A DNA stretch of 64,000 nt, from positions 362,080,001-362,144,000 of the forward strand of contig OZ024742.1 in NCBI GenBank assembly GCA_964016885.1, read 5' to 3'. Shown here piece by piece: positions 1-11,706 of this stretch (its first letter is position 1; the number at the start of each line of letters is the position of its first letter). A program made the translations under genes and the position numbers. The stretch comes from Eledone cirrhosa. Taxonomy: Eukaryota. The notes below the pieces were generated by a model. That model saw nothing but the letters and a program-made list of their open reading frames with translations, had not been told where the DNA came from and did not search any database.

Positions 1-933
1 GCAAACTATCGAATGCTTTTTTATAATCTATCCAAGCAATTGATAAATTTTTGTGTCTATTATGACAATCTTCCAGTATCATTTTGTTAACCAAAAGCTG
101 ATCTTTACAGCCATATGAGCCTCGTTTACACCCTTTCTGCTCAATGGGAAATAGGTCATTTGTTATCAGGTGGTCATATGTATATTCAGTTAGGACTGAT
201 GTTAAAATTTTATACATTGTGGTCAAGCAAGTTATCGGTCTGTAATTTTTGGGATTGTTTGTCTCATCATTCTTCGGAAGCAGGAATATAATGCCGTTAA
301 CTAGCCACGATGGTATCTTTTCTGGCTCCTTAACTATTTCATTGTAAAGTTGGGCTAACAGCTCATGAGACTCTGTGAAGGCATTTATCCAAAAAATTCT
401 TATTTTGTCTTTTCCTGGGGATTTCCATTTGCTGGTTTTTCTTAGAGCCAAGCGCAACTGTTCAACTGTTATATTTTCCCATATTTGTTCTTCAAGGTGA
501 GCTGTATCTTTCATTTGTCTGCTATCCATGGGGCATGTATGTTATGAACTTTTTCTTCGGCCCAGATCTTTTCCCAGAATTCTTGCACTTCCTGCTTGGG
601 TGGTATTGATTTAGCAGTTATTGTTGACTTACCAATTTTTCTGTAGAAGTTTCTTTGGTTGTTTTTGAACATATTATTGTCCTTATAGAATCTAGATCGT
701 TTTTCAAAGCGCCTTATACGAGCAGCTTTGGCCGACACTTTTTGCTTGATTATTTCTATCAGCATGTCTATGTCACATGTTGATTTTATACTGTACTTTC
801 TTTTCAATTTTCTAAGTTTAGTTTGTTTAACATGTTCACTTAGTTTATAGTTTGTTAAAATTTCTGTCAGATCGGAGAAGGTTTATGTGGCGATTGATGT
901 TCTCTTGCCAAGTAGATTTCTTGTGGGAATTCC

Positions 934-935
<2 letters not shown>
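1..935 (-). mobile_element. R4/Dong-like RLE non-LTR retrotransposon family A, copy A0 (5'-truncated, frameshifted, runs off the left edge)
   Basis: Near-identical to 2983-3920 and 23873-24810. The ORF 511-807 peptide matches the 1216-aa ORF. Homology stops at (TTA)n at 936. Confidence 0.9.

Positions 936-1010
<75 letters not shown>
936..1010. repeat. (TTA)n microsatellite: 3' tail/target site of A1
   Basis: Direct reading. Lies between the A0 5' break and the A1 3' end. Confidence 0.95.
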
Positions 1011-1012
<2 letters not shown>

Positions 1013-4000
1013 TGCATTTATCTTGCTTTATGTTTATACGAGTTATCACCAAGTCACAACCAGTGACCTCAAGAGACAACAAGGTCCGCCATGTTCAAGA
1101 AAGAACACACATATTCACACATGCATCCTTAGTGTTTAGACTTGTGATGTACTTATATTGACAGGATCTTCCTTAGTATATGGGCAGTTCCCATTAGTAC
1201 TATCTTTTGTATTTCTCCTATACGCGGGTTTCCTGGGATTTGCGATAAGTAGTCGTTAGACCCCTTAGGTATCATTCCCAGAGCGCCTACAACCACTGGT
1301 ATTGTTTTAGTTCTCAATTTCCACATTTTTCCAATTTCTATCTCCAGGTCCTTATACTTGCTCAATTTTTCAAATGTTTTTATAGATACATTCTTGTCTA
1401 TTGGAACAGACATATCAATTAGCAGGCATACCCTCCTTTGAAAGTCCTTCAATATTATATCAGGTCTATTTGCATCTATTTTTCGGTCTGTTTGGATGCT
1501 AAAGTTCCACAAGATTGAGATGTGATCTTTTTCAAGTATGGGAGGTGGTTGATGCTCCCACCAATTCTTTTGATGGGGCAGGTCAAAATGCTTGCACATT
1601 ATCCAATGTATGTATTGTGCAGCTCTGTCATGCCTGTTTAGGTATTCGGTTGGAGCTATAGGACTGCACATTGAAATTATATGGTCAATGGTCTCTGGTT
1701 GTTTTTTGCATACACGGCATAATGGGCTGCACCCATTTTTTATTATGTTGGCTTGGTAATTTTTTGTTGGCAGACACTGATCTTGTGCGGATATAATCAG
1801 TCCTTCAGTCTCCGATTTCAGTCCAGAGGATGCCAACCACTGATGGGTTAAAGTTTTGTCAACATCAGGATTGTTAGCTCGCTCTGGGTATTTTCCATAC
1901 AGAGGCTTTTCTTGCCATTTCTTAGCCAGTTTCTGTAGCAGTTCTTTCTTTGCAGTTACTTTTACCTGCTTTGCTTTTTTTGTGTTTTCCATTTCAGCAG
2001 TAAATGGAGCTTCTGAAATTTGTAGTCCATTACTGTATCTTTGTGCATCTTTTGTAATGGAATATGATCTTTTGGTGCTTTCGTGTTTCAAAACGAGTTT
2101 GATCATCCAATCATGTGATTCCCTTAGATATGTGGATAATCCAATTGTTGCAGTTTTCAACGCAATGTCTAACTGGATTAACCCACGTCCTCCTTCTTTC
2201 CTAGGGAGATATATTCTATCTATGTCTGCCTTAGGGTGATGCATTCTGTGCATGGTTAAGAATTTTCGGATTTTTGTATCGAGCCTACGGATCTCTGTTC
2301 TTGACCAGTTGATGACATTGTAACTGTAGGTTACTACTGGTATGGCAAGCGTGTTTATGGCATCGATCCTATTCCTTGCATTCAATTCCGTTCTTAAGAT
2401 TGCTCTGACTCTGCGGTAACATTCCTTCCTTATCCTTTCCCTCATTGTCGAGTGCTTGATTCCGTCTCCTTCACAAACACCTAGATATTTGTAAGTTTGT
2501 TCTTGATCAAGCTCTCTTATCACGTTCCCCCGATCAAGATTAATGTCTGAACTCTTCAGCAGCTTTCCTCTGGTGAACGTTGCTTTGGCGCATTTATCCA
2601 GTCCAAACTCCATTTTAATGTCATCACTGAACTGCTTCACAGTGGATAATAGCCCTTGCAATTGTTCATCATTTTTTGCAAATAGTTTCAGGTCATCCAT
2701 GTAGAACAGGTGATTAATGGTTTTGTCATAGACTCTATATCCATGTTTTGTTTCATTGAGCATTTTACTTAATGGTATAAGTGCGATGCAGAATAAAAGC
2801 GGTGATAAAGAGTCACCCTGAAAAATTCCACAATTAATGTTAACTTCTCCAGCTTCCAGTGATTTTGTTTCACTATTCAAAAGGAGTGTCGTTCTCCATG
2901 TCCTCATACTGAATGACAAAAACCTCCTGATAACGGGGGATATTTTGAAAATCTCTAAACATTTTTCAATCCAACTGTGTGGCAAACTATCAAATGCTTT
3001 TTTATAATCTATCCAAGCAATCGATAGATTTTTGTGTCTATTATGACAATCTTCCAGTATCATTTTGTTAACCAGAAGCTGATCCTTACAGCCATATGAG
3101 CCTCGTTTACACCCTTTCTGCTCAATGGGAAATAGGTCATTTGTTATCAGGTGGTCATATGTGTATTCAGTTAGGACTGATGTTAAAATTTTATACATTG
3201 TGGTCAAGCAGGTTATCGGTCTGTAATTTTTGGGATTGTTTGTCTCATCATTCTTCGGTAGCAGGAATGTAATGCCGTTAACTAGCCATGATGGTATCTT
3301 TTCTGGCTCCTTAACTATTTCATTGTAAAGTTGGGCTAACAGCTCATGAGACTCTGTGAAGGCATTTATCCAAAAGTTTTGTATTTTGTCTTTTCCTGGG
3401 GATTTCCATTTGCTGGTTTTTCTTAGAGCCAAGCGCAGCTGTTCAACTGTTATATTTTCCCATGTTTGTTCTTCAAGGTGAGCTGTTTCTTTCATTTGTC
3501 TGTCTATCCATGGGGCATGTATGTTATGAACTTTTTCTTCGGCCCAGATCTTTTCCCAGAATTCTTGCACTTCCTCCTTGGGTGGTATTGATTTAGCAGT
3601 TATTGTTGACTTACCAATTTTTCTGTAGAAGTTTCTTTGGTTGTTTTTGAACATATTATTGTCCTTATAGAATCTAGATCGTTTTTCAAAGCGCCTTATA
3701 CGAGCAGCTTTGGCCGACACTTTTTGCTTGATTGTTTCTATCAGCATGTCTATGTCACATGTTGATCTTATACTGTACTTTTTTTTCAATTTTCTAAGTT
3801 TAGTTTGTTTAACATGTTCACCTACTTTATAGTTTGTTAAAATTTCTATGTCAGATCGGAGAAGGTTTATTTGGCGATTGATGTTATCTTGCCAAGTAGA
3901 TTTCTTGTGGGAATTCCTTTGTTTTTTCATCTTCACTCCACATAAGTGAGTGGTGACTTTAGCCGATGCATAATAGAGGTGATTTAAGTCAGTAATGCTT

Positions 4001-4951
4001 AGTTTGTTTGTGATGATAATGTTTTTGAGAATTATGTTAGTCTTGTGTATTATCTTTTGGTTCTGTTTGGAGTTCTGGATCTTAGGGAGGGTGTCTCGTT
4101 CCCCCATGTCAGATTCTTTCATTTTCATCCATTCGATCATAATTTCATCCTTCAAGTTGGCAAGTTCATTTTCATTCATTTCTTTATCATTTACGATCTC
4201 ATTATTTTCATTTGGAGTTTCATCCTGAGCATGCACTCCCTCCACTTTTTCGCTCCTTTCTTTAATTTGTTCTATTGCCAGTGATTCCGCCCCAACTCTG
4301 GGATTCGAAGTGTTACAGTTTACCTCGTTTTCACTGACACATGCTTCATTTTCCCTTCGCTGACTTTGTGCTACTAGCTTGATCTGATCAATTTCTATAT
4401 CAGTTAGTAACTTTTTTCTTACAATATTTCTTCGTATATTGGCTAGTTTGTTACTGTCAATATAGCCTCTGTTTTCGGGATGTTTCTTTTTCCAGTTGAT
4501 ATATGTTTGCTCTGTATTCGATGTATTTGATGGGTAGTACATGGCAGTGTAGAAAGCCTCAAGGACTTCTTTATTATCTTCCCTTGACCATTTTTCTCTC
4601 TTTTTCTTTGGATTTCTTGGTGGTGAGCATGGAGGGCCAACAGTAGGAGTATTCCGGTTATGGGAGGTCTCCAGCTCCGAAGTGATGGGAAGGTTTGAAC
4701 CATTAGCTGATTTTTCGACCCCAGTCTGGTTCCTCTCTGAGGGACGCGGCCCTTTTTTACCCGGGTGACGGCCGATCCGGTATGAGATTTCATCATTAGA
4801 CATCTACTTTATTTTGTCGCGTTTTATCCTTATCCGCCAAGGGGTAATCTTTTCGTGTTACCACTTCTAGAACGAGTGTCAACCAAGACTAGAGGGGTCG
4901 TTCTCCCCTAGAGACATGGCTATTCCCCGCCGGCCGCCATCCCGGTATTTC

Positions 4952-4952
<1 letters not shown>
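1011..4952 (-). mobile_element. R4/Dong-like RLE non-LTR retrotransposon family A, copy A1 (essentially full length)
   Basis: Single ORF with RT and RLE, ~140-nt 3' UTR and ~150-nt 5' leader shared with the copy at 21898-25856. Flanked on both sides by (TTA)n. Confidence 0.93.
1153..4803 (-). CDS. Intact 1216-aa retrotransposon protein: Myb-like N-terminus, reverse transcriptase, CCHC zinc knuckle, restriction-like endonuclease
   Basis: RT motifs [43 protein letters not shown]-terminal CRVC..ETIDHIISMC, RHD, RPDI..IDMS..K..KY (PD-D/E-xK). Confidence 0.95.
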   Translation of the reverse strand: MSNDEISYRIGRHPGKKGPRPSERNQTGVEKSANGSNLPITSELETSHNRNTPTVGPPCSPPRNPKKKREKWSREDNKEVLEAFYTAMYYPSNTSNTEQTYINWKKKHPENRGYIDSNKLANIRRNIVRKKLLTDIEIDQIKLVAQSQRRENEACVSENEVNCNTSNPRVGAESLAIEQIKERSEKVEGVHAQDETPNENNEIVNDKEMNENELANLKDEIMIEWMKMKESDMGERDTLPKIQNSKQNQKIIHKTNIILKNIIITNKLSITDLNHLYYASAKVTTHLCGVKMKKQRNSHKKSTWQDNINRQINLLRSDIEILTNYKVGEHVKQTKLRKLKKKYSIRSTCDIDMLIETIKQKVSAKAARIRRFEKRSRFYKDNNMFKNNQRNFYRKIGKSTITAKSIPPKEEVQEFWEKIWAEEKVHNIHAPWIDRQMKETAHLEEQTWENITVEQLRLALRKTSKWKSPGKDKIQNFWINAFTESHELLAQLYNEIVKEPEKIPSWLVNGITFLLPKNDETNNPKNYRPITCLTTMYKILTSVLTEYTYDHLITNDLFPIEQKGCKRGSYGCKDQLLVNKMILEDCHNRHKNLSIAWIDYKKAFDSLPHSWIEKCLEIFKISPVIRRFLSFSMRTWRTTLLLNSETKSLEAGEVNINCGIFQGDSLSPLLFCIALIPLSKMLNETKHGYRVYDKTINHLFYMDDLKLFAKNDEQLQGLLSTVKQFSDDIKMEFGLDKCAKATFTRGKLLKSSDINLDRGNVIRELDQEQTYKYLGVCEGDGIKHSTMRERIRKECYRRVRAILRTELNARNRIDAINTLAIPVVTYSYNVINWSRTEIRRLDTKIRKFLTMHRMHHPKADIDRIYLPRKEGGRGLIQLDIALKTATIGLSTYLRESHDWMIKLVLKHESTKRSYSITKDAQRYSNGLQISEAPFTAEMENTKKAKQVKVTAKKELLQKLAKKWQEKPLYGKYPERANNPDVDKTLTHQWLASSGLKSETEGLIISAQDQCLPTKNYQANIIKNGCSPLCRVCKKQPETIDHIISMCSPIAPTEYLNRHDRAAQYIHWIMCKHFDLPHQKNWWEHQPPPILEKDHISILWNFSIQTDRKIDANRPDIILKDFQRRVCLLIDMSVPIDKNVSIKTFEKLSKYKDLEIEIGKMWKLRTKTIPVVVGALGMIPKGSNDYLSQIPGNPRIGEIQKIVLMGTAHILRKILSI

Positions 4953-4985
<33 letters not shown>

Positions 4986-5005
4986 CATTATTATTGTTAT
5001 TGTTA
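4953..5005. repeat. Degenerate (TTA)n microsatellite between A1 and B1
   Basis: Direct reading. Confidence 0.9.
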
Positions 5006-7088
5006 TTCCTTGAATCTCAGTCATTGATGTTGGTTAACTGGAAAGTCCGTTGGATTGAATATCAAGCCACTACCTGCAGCCTCAGATATTCAGGACGTAT
5101 CGGAGGGTTCTTGCTGTTCCAAGCAAGCATGCCTTTTGAAGCGTTCCAAAAAGCGTGAAGGGGCCGATTTTCTTTAACCATCCCTGGAAACTTTTGGAGA
5201 TAGTCCCCAGTGCGCCTATGACAATCGGGATCACTTTGACTTCATGGCAGTTCCAAATCCTTTTCACCTCCCACTTTAGGTCCTGGTATCGGTTAATTTT
5301 CTCCCTCTCCTTCTCTTGCACTCTCGTGTCGAACGGGCAGGCCACATCCACAATCAGGCACGATCTTTTTTCTTTGTCCACAACCACCAGGTCAGGTCTA
5401 TTGTGTTCCAGTTTTTTGTCCGTCTGTATCCTAAAATCCCACAGCACCTTCACCTGATTGTTCTCCATCACCGCCTCTGGCCTATGCTCATACCATTTCT
5501 CAGAATGTGGTAAATTGTTTACTTTGCACAGGTGCCAGTGGATCACCCTGCCCATCACATCGTGTCTCCAGCCCTTATAGTGGGTCTGGGCTAGGTGTTT
5601 ACACTCGGACACAATGTGAGCCACAGTCTCCTCTCTCTCTCCACAGATCCTGCACAGTGGGCTAGCCTCCTCCTTGTAGATATGGTGCTTCAACCACTTC
5701 GTTTTGAGGGCCTGCTCCTGCGCAGCCATTAGCATTCCTTCTGTAGCCTTTTTGAGGTCTCCTCTTCTCAACCAGTTCCATGTCTGTGGATCTCTAAATT
5801 CAGTTTTCTCAAAGAAGGTATTATGAAGGGATTTTCCCTTAAGGCTGCTCTTCCTCCTTGATGTTATTTCCTCCCCTGGCCTACTGTCCTCTCCTTCAGT
5901 ACAGTTCTGAGCATTGGCTCCTTACTATAGGTCACGTATTTGTATAGGTTGTTTTTCTCCATCTGAACACAGTCCTCTATGCTGATAAGACCTCTTCCAC
6001 TCTCAGATCTCCTTAGGTAGAGTCTATCGACATCACTCCTCTTGTGGAACATGTTGTAGATAGTCAATAGCTTCCTAGTCTTCCTATCCATTTCTTTTTG
6101 TTCAGCAACATTCCATCTGAGAATTCCTGCACTGTACCTAATAATAGACACAGCTCGGGAATTTACTGCGCTTATGGCATTTCTGCTGTTCAGATGTGAC
6201 TTCAATACGCTCCTTACTCTCCGAATGTATTCAGTTCTTAACAATTCCTTCATTTTTTTGTTCTTTATGCCATCAGCCTCTAGAACGCCCAAATACTTGT
6301 ATCCTTCCTCAGAGTCAATTTCCTTTATCATCTCACCTGTTGGTATCTGGATCCCGTTACTTCTGCTCAACCTGCCCCTCTTCATCACAATGACTCCACA
6401 TTTACCAATACCAAACTGCATACATATATCACTGCTGAAAATACGGACAGTGTCAACAAGCACATCCAACTCCTTCTCACTTTTCCCGAAGAGCTTAAGA
6501 TCGTCCATGAAGAGGAGGTGATTGATGGTAAGCTCTCCCCTTCCCAACTTGTATCCTGCTCTCACTTTTCGCAGCATAATGGTCAAGGGCATCAGGGCAA
6601 GGACAAACAACAGAGGGGACAGGCTATCTCCCTGGAAGATACCTCTCTTGATCTTCACGCTTCCCAAGGATACTCCAGTTGATGTCAACTCTGTCTCCCA
6701 GGACCCCATACTCCTGCCTAGCAACTGTCTGATGTTATCTGCCACCCTGAAGATCTCCAGGCTTTTGGTGATCCAGGAATGAGGCACCATGTCAAATGCC
6801 TTTCTGTAGTCTATCCATCCCATGGCAAGATCAGTGTGTCTCCTCCTGCAATTCCCCATTACCATCTTATCAATAAGCAACTGGTCCTTTGTACCACGTG
6901 ACTTCTTTCGGCATCCTTTCTGTTCATCCGGTAACAAGTTGTTTGTGTGGAGGTGATGGTAGATTTCCTCAGACACAATGCTCGTCAACAGTTTCCACAT
7001 TACGGACAGACATGTGATAGGTCTATAGTTGGTAACATCATTACCCTTGATTCGGTCTTTCATTATCAGAACTGTGGTACCTTTTGTC
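5006..7088 (-). mobile_element. R4/Dong-like RLE element family B, copy B1 (5'-truncated, frameshifted)
   Basis: ORFs 5864-7063 (RT, FMDD) and 5082-5771 (CRIC..H..C, RHD, RPDL). 3' UTR shared with B2 and B3. Confidence 0.92.
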
Positions 7089-7279
7089 GGACGTCATGCT
7101 TTGCAGCAAAGAGTTACGGCCCTTTATGTTCTGAGTTCAAATCCCGCCGAGGTTAACTTTGCCTTTCATCCTTACGGGGTCGATAAAATAAAGTACCAGT
7201 CACGCACTGGGGTCGATTTAATCGACTTTCCCCTCCGCCAAAATTGCTGGCCTTGTGCCTATATAAGAAACAATTATTA
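7086..7279 (+). mobile_element. tRNA-derived SINE (family S1), 5'-truncated
   Basis: B-box GAGTTCAAATCC, core 'ctttgcctttcatccttacggggtcgataaaataaagtaccagt', tail AGAAACAATTATTA. Multiple copies elsewhere in the window. Confidence 0.85.
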
Positions 7280-10200
7280 CTGTTCTTTGAGTCTCAGTCA
7301 TTGATGTTAGTTAACTGGAAAGTTTGTTAAAATGAATATCAAGCCACTACCTGCAGCCTCAGATATTCAGGACGTATCGGAGGGTTCTTGCTGTTCCCAG
7401 CAAGCATGCCTTTTGAAGCGTTCCAAAAAGCGTGGCGGGGCCAATTTTCTTTAACCATCCATGGAAACTTTTTGAGATAGTACCTAGTGCGCCTATGACA
7501 ATCGGGACCACTTTGACTTCATGGCAGTTCCAAATCCTTTTTACCTCCCACTTTAAGTCCTGGTATCGGTTAATTTTCTCCCTCTCCTTCTCTTGCACTC
7601 TCGTGTCGAATGGGCAGGCCACATCCACAATCAGGCACGATCTTTTTTCCTTGTCTAAAACCACCAGGTCAGATCTATTTTGTTCCAGTTTTTTGTCCGT
7701 CTGTAACCTAAAATCCCACAGCACCTTCACCTGATCGTTTTCTATCACCGACTCTGGCTTATGCTCATACCACTTCTCAGAATGTGGTAAATTGTTTACT
7801 TTGCATAGGTGCCAATGTATCACCCTGCCCATCACATCATGTCTCCAGCCCTTATAGTGTGTCTGGGCTAGGTGTTTACACTCGGATACAATGTGAGCCA
7901 CAGTCTCCTCTCTCTCTCCACAGATCCTGCACAGTGGGCTAGCCTCCTCCTTGCAAATATGGTGTTTCAACCACTTCGTTTTGAGGGCCTGCTCTTGCGC
8001 AGCCATTAGCATTCCTTCTGTAGCCTTTTTAAAGTCTCCTCTTTTCAACCAGTTCCATGTCTGTGGATCTCTAAATTCAGTTTTCTCAAAGAAGGTACTA
8101 TGAAGAGATTTTTTATGGAGGCTGCTCTTTCTCCTTGTTGTTATTTCCTCCTTGGACATCCCCTGGTCCTCTCCTTCAGTACAATTCTGAGCATTGGCTC
8201 CTTACTATCAGTCACGTATTTGTGTAGGTTGATTTTCTCCATCTGAATACAGTCCTCTATGGTGATAAGACCTGTTCCACCTTCAGATCTCCTTAAGTAG
8301 AGTCTATTGACATCACTCCTCTTGTAGAACATGTTATAGATAGTCAATACCTTCCTAGTCTTCCTATCCATTTCTTTTTGTTCAGCAACATTCCATCTCA
8401 GAATTCCCGCACTGTACCTAATAATAGACACAGCTCGGGAATTTACTGCACTTATGGCATTCCTACTGTTCAGATGTGATTTTAATACGCTCCTTACTCT
8501 CCGAATGTATTCAGATCGTATCAATTCCTTCATTTTTTTGTTCTTGATGTCATCAGCCTCCAGAAAACCCAAATACTTGTATCCTTCTTCAGTGTCAATT
8601 TCCTTTATCATCTCACCTGTTGGTACATGGATTCCGTTGCTTCTGCTCAAATTACCCCTCTTCATCACAAGGACTCCACACTTACTAATACCCAATTGCA
8701 TACATATATCATTGCTGAAAATACGGACAGTGTCAACAAGCACATCCAACTCCTTCTCACTCTTCCCGAAGAGCTTAAGATCGTCCATGAAGAGGAGGTG
8801 ATTGATGGTAAGCTCTCCCTTTCCCAACTTGTATCCTGCTCTCACCTTTCGTAATATAAAGGTCAGGGGCATCAGGGCAAAGACAAACAGAGGGGACAGA
8901 CTATCTCCCTGGAAGATACCTCTCTTGATCTTCACGCCTCCCAAGGATTCTCCAGCTGATGCTAATTCTGTTTTCCAGGACTTCATACTTTTGCCCAACA
9001 ACTGTCTGATTCTATCTGCCACCTTGAAGATCTCTAGGCTTTTGGTGATCCAAGAATGAGGCACCATGTCAAATGCCTTTTTGTAGTCTATCCATCCCAT
9101 GGCAAGACCAGTGTGTCTCCTCTTGCAATTCCTCATTACCATCTTATCAATAAGTAACTGGTCCTTTGTACCACAGGACTTCTTTCGGCATCCTTTTTGT
9201 TCGTCCGGTAACAAGTTGTTTGTGTGGAGGTGATGGTAGATTTCCTCAGGCATAATGCTTGTCAACAGTTTCCACATTACGGACAGACATGTGATAGGTC
9301 TATAGTTGGTAACATCATTACCCTTGATTCGGTCTTTCATTACCAGAACTGTGGTACCTTTTGTCAACCACTCTGGTACCTCACCTGACATGAAGCAGTC
9401 ATTGAACATGGTTGTCAGTTTCGGGTGGAGGGATGTTATATTTTTAATCCAATACCCCTGCACACCATCTGGACCCGGTGATTTCCAGTTGGTTAGTTTT
9501 TTGGCCTGCCCCTTAAGAGTTTCAACTGTGATACTCAAATCAGTTTGTTGGTGTGCCTGTTCACTAATCTCCTTTTGTACTGTCTCAATCCACACTGCCT
9601 GGTCATTATGTTTAACATCCTGCTCCCATATTCCTCTCCAGAATGTCTTAGTTTGTTCCGCCTCAGGGATCAAATCGTTGCCTCTTTCTTTCCCTTCAAG
9701 CTGTCCAAACAGCATCTTCTGGCTGTTGTCACACATGCGGTTCTGTCTATACTGACTGACTCTGCCCTAGTATCGCCTAATTTTTTCCCTCTTTGCTACA
9801 ATGCGTAGCTTCAGTTCCTCTATGATAATATTTAGCTTTTTCCTCCTAGTTTTGTACTTTATTTCCAGTCTATGTTTAGTGTCTATGTTTTTTAGTGTCC
9901 CATTCAGTAAGGACTCAAGCTTTCCAATGTCATTTCTCATTTCCCTGATTTGAACATTCAGTCGTTTCTTCCACCAAGGTTCTGATCTTTCTTGTTTGTT
10001 TTTTCCTCTCGCTTTGATGGCAAGTAATTTCCTCACCGCATTTGCTGTTGGTTTGAGGATATTGTTGCACTGGTAAAGGCTCCTCGCCTCAAGGTATGGG
10101 ACGACTTTGTTTACCTTAGCTGTTGTTTCTTTTAACTTTCAGCTGTTTACAAATCTTAGGTTCATAGGTTTCCCACTATCATTGTTCAATTCATCTACCA

Positions 10201-11687
10201 CTAAGTTTAGGATATCAACCAAATCTTGTCCTAGCCCGTCAGCATTCATCTCCTCAATGGCCGTATCTTTGTTCCAGGTATTATTTATTTCAGCATTCAG
10301 ATCATTGTCTGCTTCGGATGGTTCCTCCGTTCTCTCGACCTCTTCACCTTCATTTCCCACTTGCTCGTTTGCCTGGCATACTCCACTCTCCATTTCCAAC
10401 CTAATCTCTCTGCTCAGTTCCTCCAGTTCCAGCTCGCTTATCCACCCATTCGTTCTTATTACCCGAGCCTGCCCGGCCAATTTTTGTTCATCTAATTTAA
10501 ATAGACCAATCTCGTTCCAGATGTTATGCATCCGTTTCCTATAGCCTTTCTCCTTGGGGTTACTCTTCAGGTAACATTGCATAACAGTTCTATTCAATTC
10601 TTTCGTCCAGTTGGTTCTTGTCCCTTTCCTTCTTCTTCCTCCGACACCAGCAGTATTTGGTTGACAGCCAGGTCCCTGCTGCTGAGCCAGGGAGGACCTG
10701 CTGGGTGAGAGTCTGTCACATGACATTCCAGTCTCCACTTCACCGTTATTCGAACTGTTTAGGTTCGACATTTAAACACTTTTATCGAGGATTGGTGAAT
10801 GTATGGTTACATAACCACCGGTGATTTCATCACACTCGGTAATTTTAGTGTGGCACTATCACGCTGTAGACGAACGTAAACAAACAAACAAACAAACAGG
10901 TCAGCCCCCCCCCCAAAAAAAAAAAGAATAAGCATAAGTTTCATTGTAATGTAATGTTTGAATGTCTGATTTAGTTTTTTTTCTCCTTCCCTGTCTGTCT
11001 GTTTGTTTTTCTTTTCATTTTTCTTTTCTTTACGTTTTTCGTTGCTGCTGTGTTGTTTTGATTTTGAATTTTGGTTTTTTGATATTTTGACCGGGTCATC
11101 AAATCAGTCTATTTATATCTTTTGATGCCTTCCTCTTTTAGTGGGGACACTACGATGCATGTCTTAGCAGGAGGTAGTGGGAGAGAATAGCGGCGGTAGC
11201 GATAATGAGGCAGTGGTGGTGGTGGTGATGTGCTAGTAGAACTTAGCAGGAGGTAGTGGGAGAGAATAGCGGCAGTAGCGATAATGAGGTAGTGGTGGTG
11301 GTGATGTGATCGTAGTACTGTAGTGATGGTGTTGAAGTTGAAGTAGAAATAGAAGTTGAGCTAACTTGACTAGAGTTTTTGGCGTGGTAGTGGTGATGGT
11401 GGCGGTGGTGGTGTTGGTGGTGAACTTATTTGCCTGTCTGTCCACTTAGCCATTTTGCCTTTTTCATCTTTTTCGACTATAACATTTCTGATCCAAAATT
11501 AAATATTAAATATTGGGGTCCTTTGCCATAATGTGATGCGTTGTCGATTGCTGAGAGTAAAATGTAATCTTATATTTGATTTGTAATAAGAATTATTCTA
11601 TCACAGTTATTTTAAATAAGTAAAAATCAAAAACTTACGGGAGCGATTCCATAACGATATATATCCACCATGTGCGTTTTCTTCCCT
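7280..11687 (-). mobile_element. R4/Dong-like family B, copy B2 (full length, ORF broken), including ~900-nt 5' leader
   Basis: ORF pieces 10139-10771, 9767-10036, 8141-9736, 7359-8159. Leader homologous to 20310-21844. Putative TSD ATAAGAAACAATTATTA at 7263-7279 and 11690-11706. Confidence 0.88.
7359..10771 (-). pseudogene. Disrupted family-B RT-RLE ORF
   Basis: Myb-like N-terminus (RTNWTKELN..LAGQARVI), RT FMDD, CCHC and RLE, split by frameshifts and stops. Confidence 0.9.
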
Positions 11688-11706
11688 AAATAAGAAACAA
11701 TTATTA

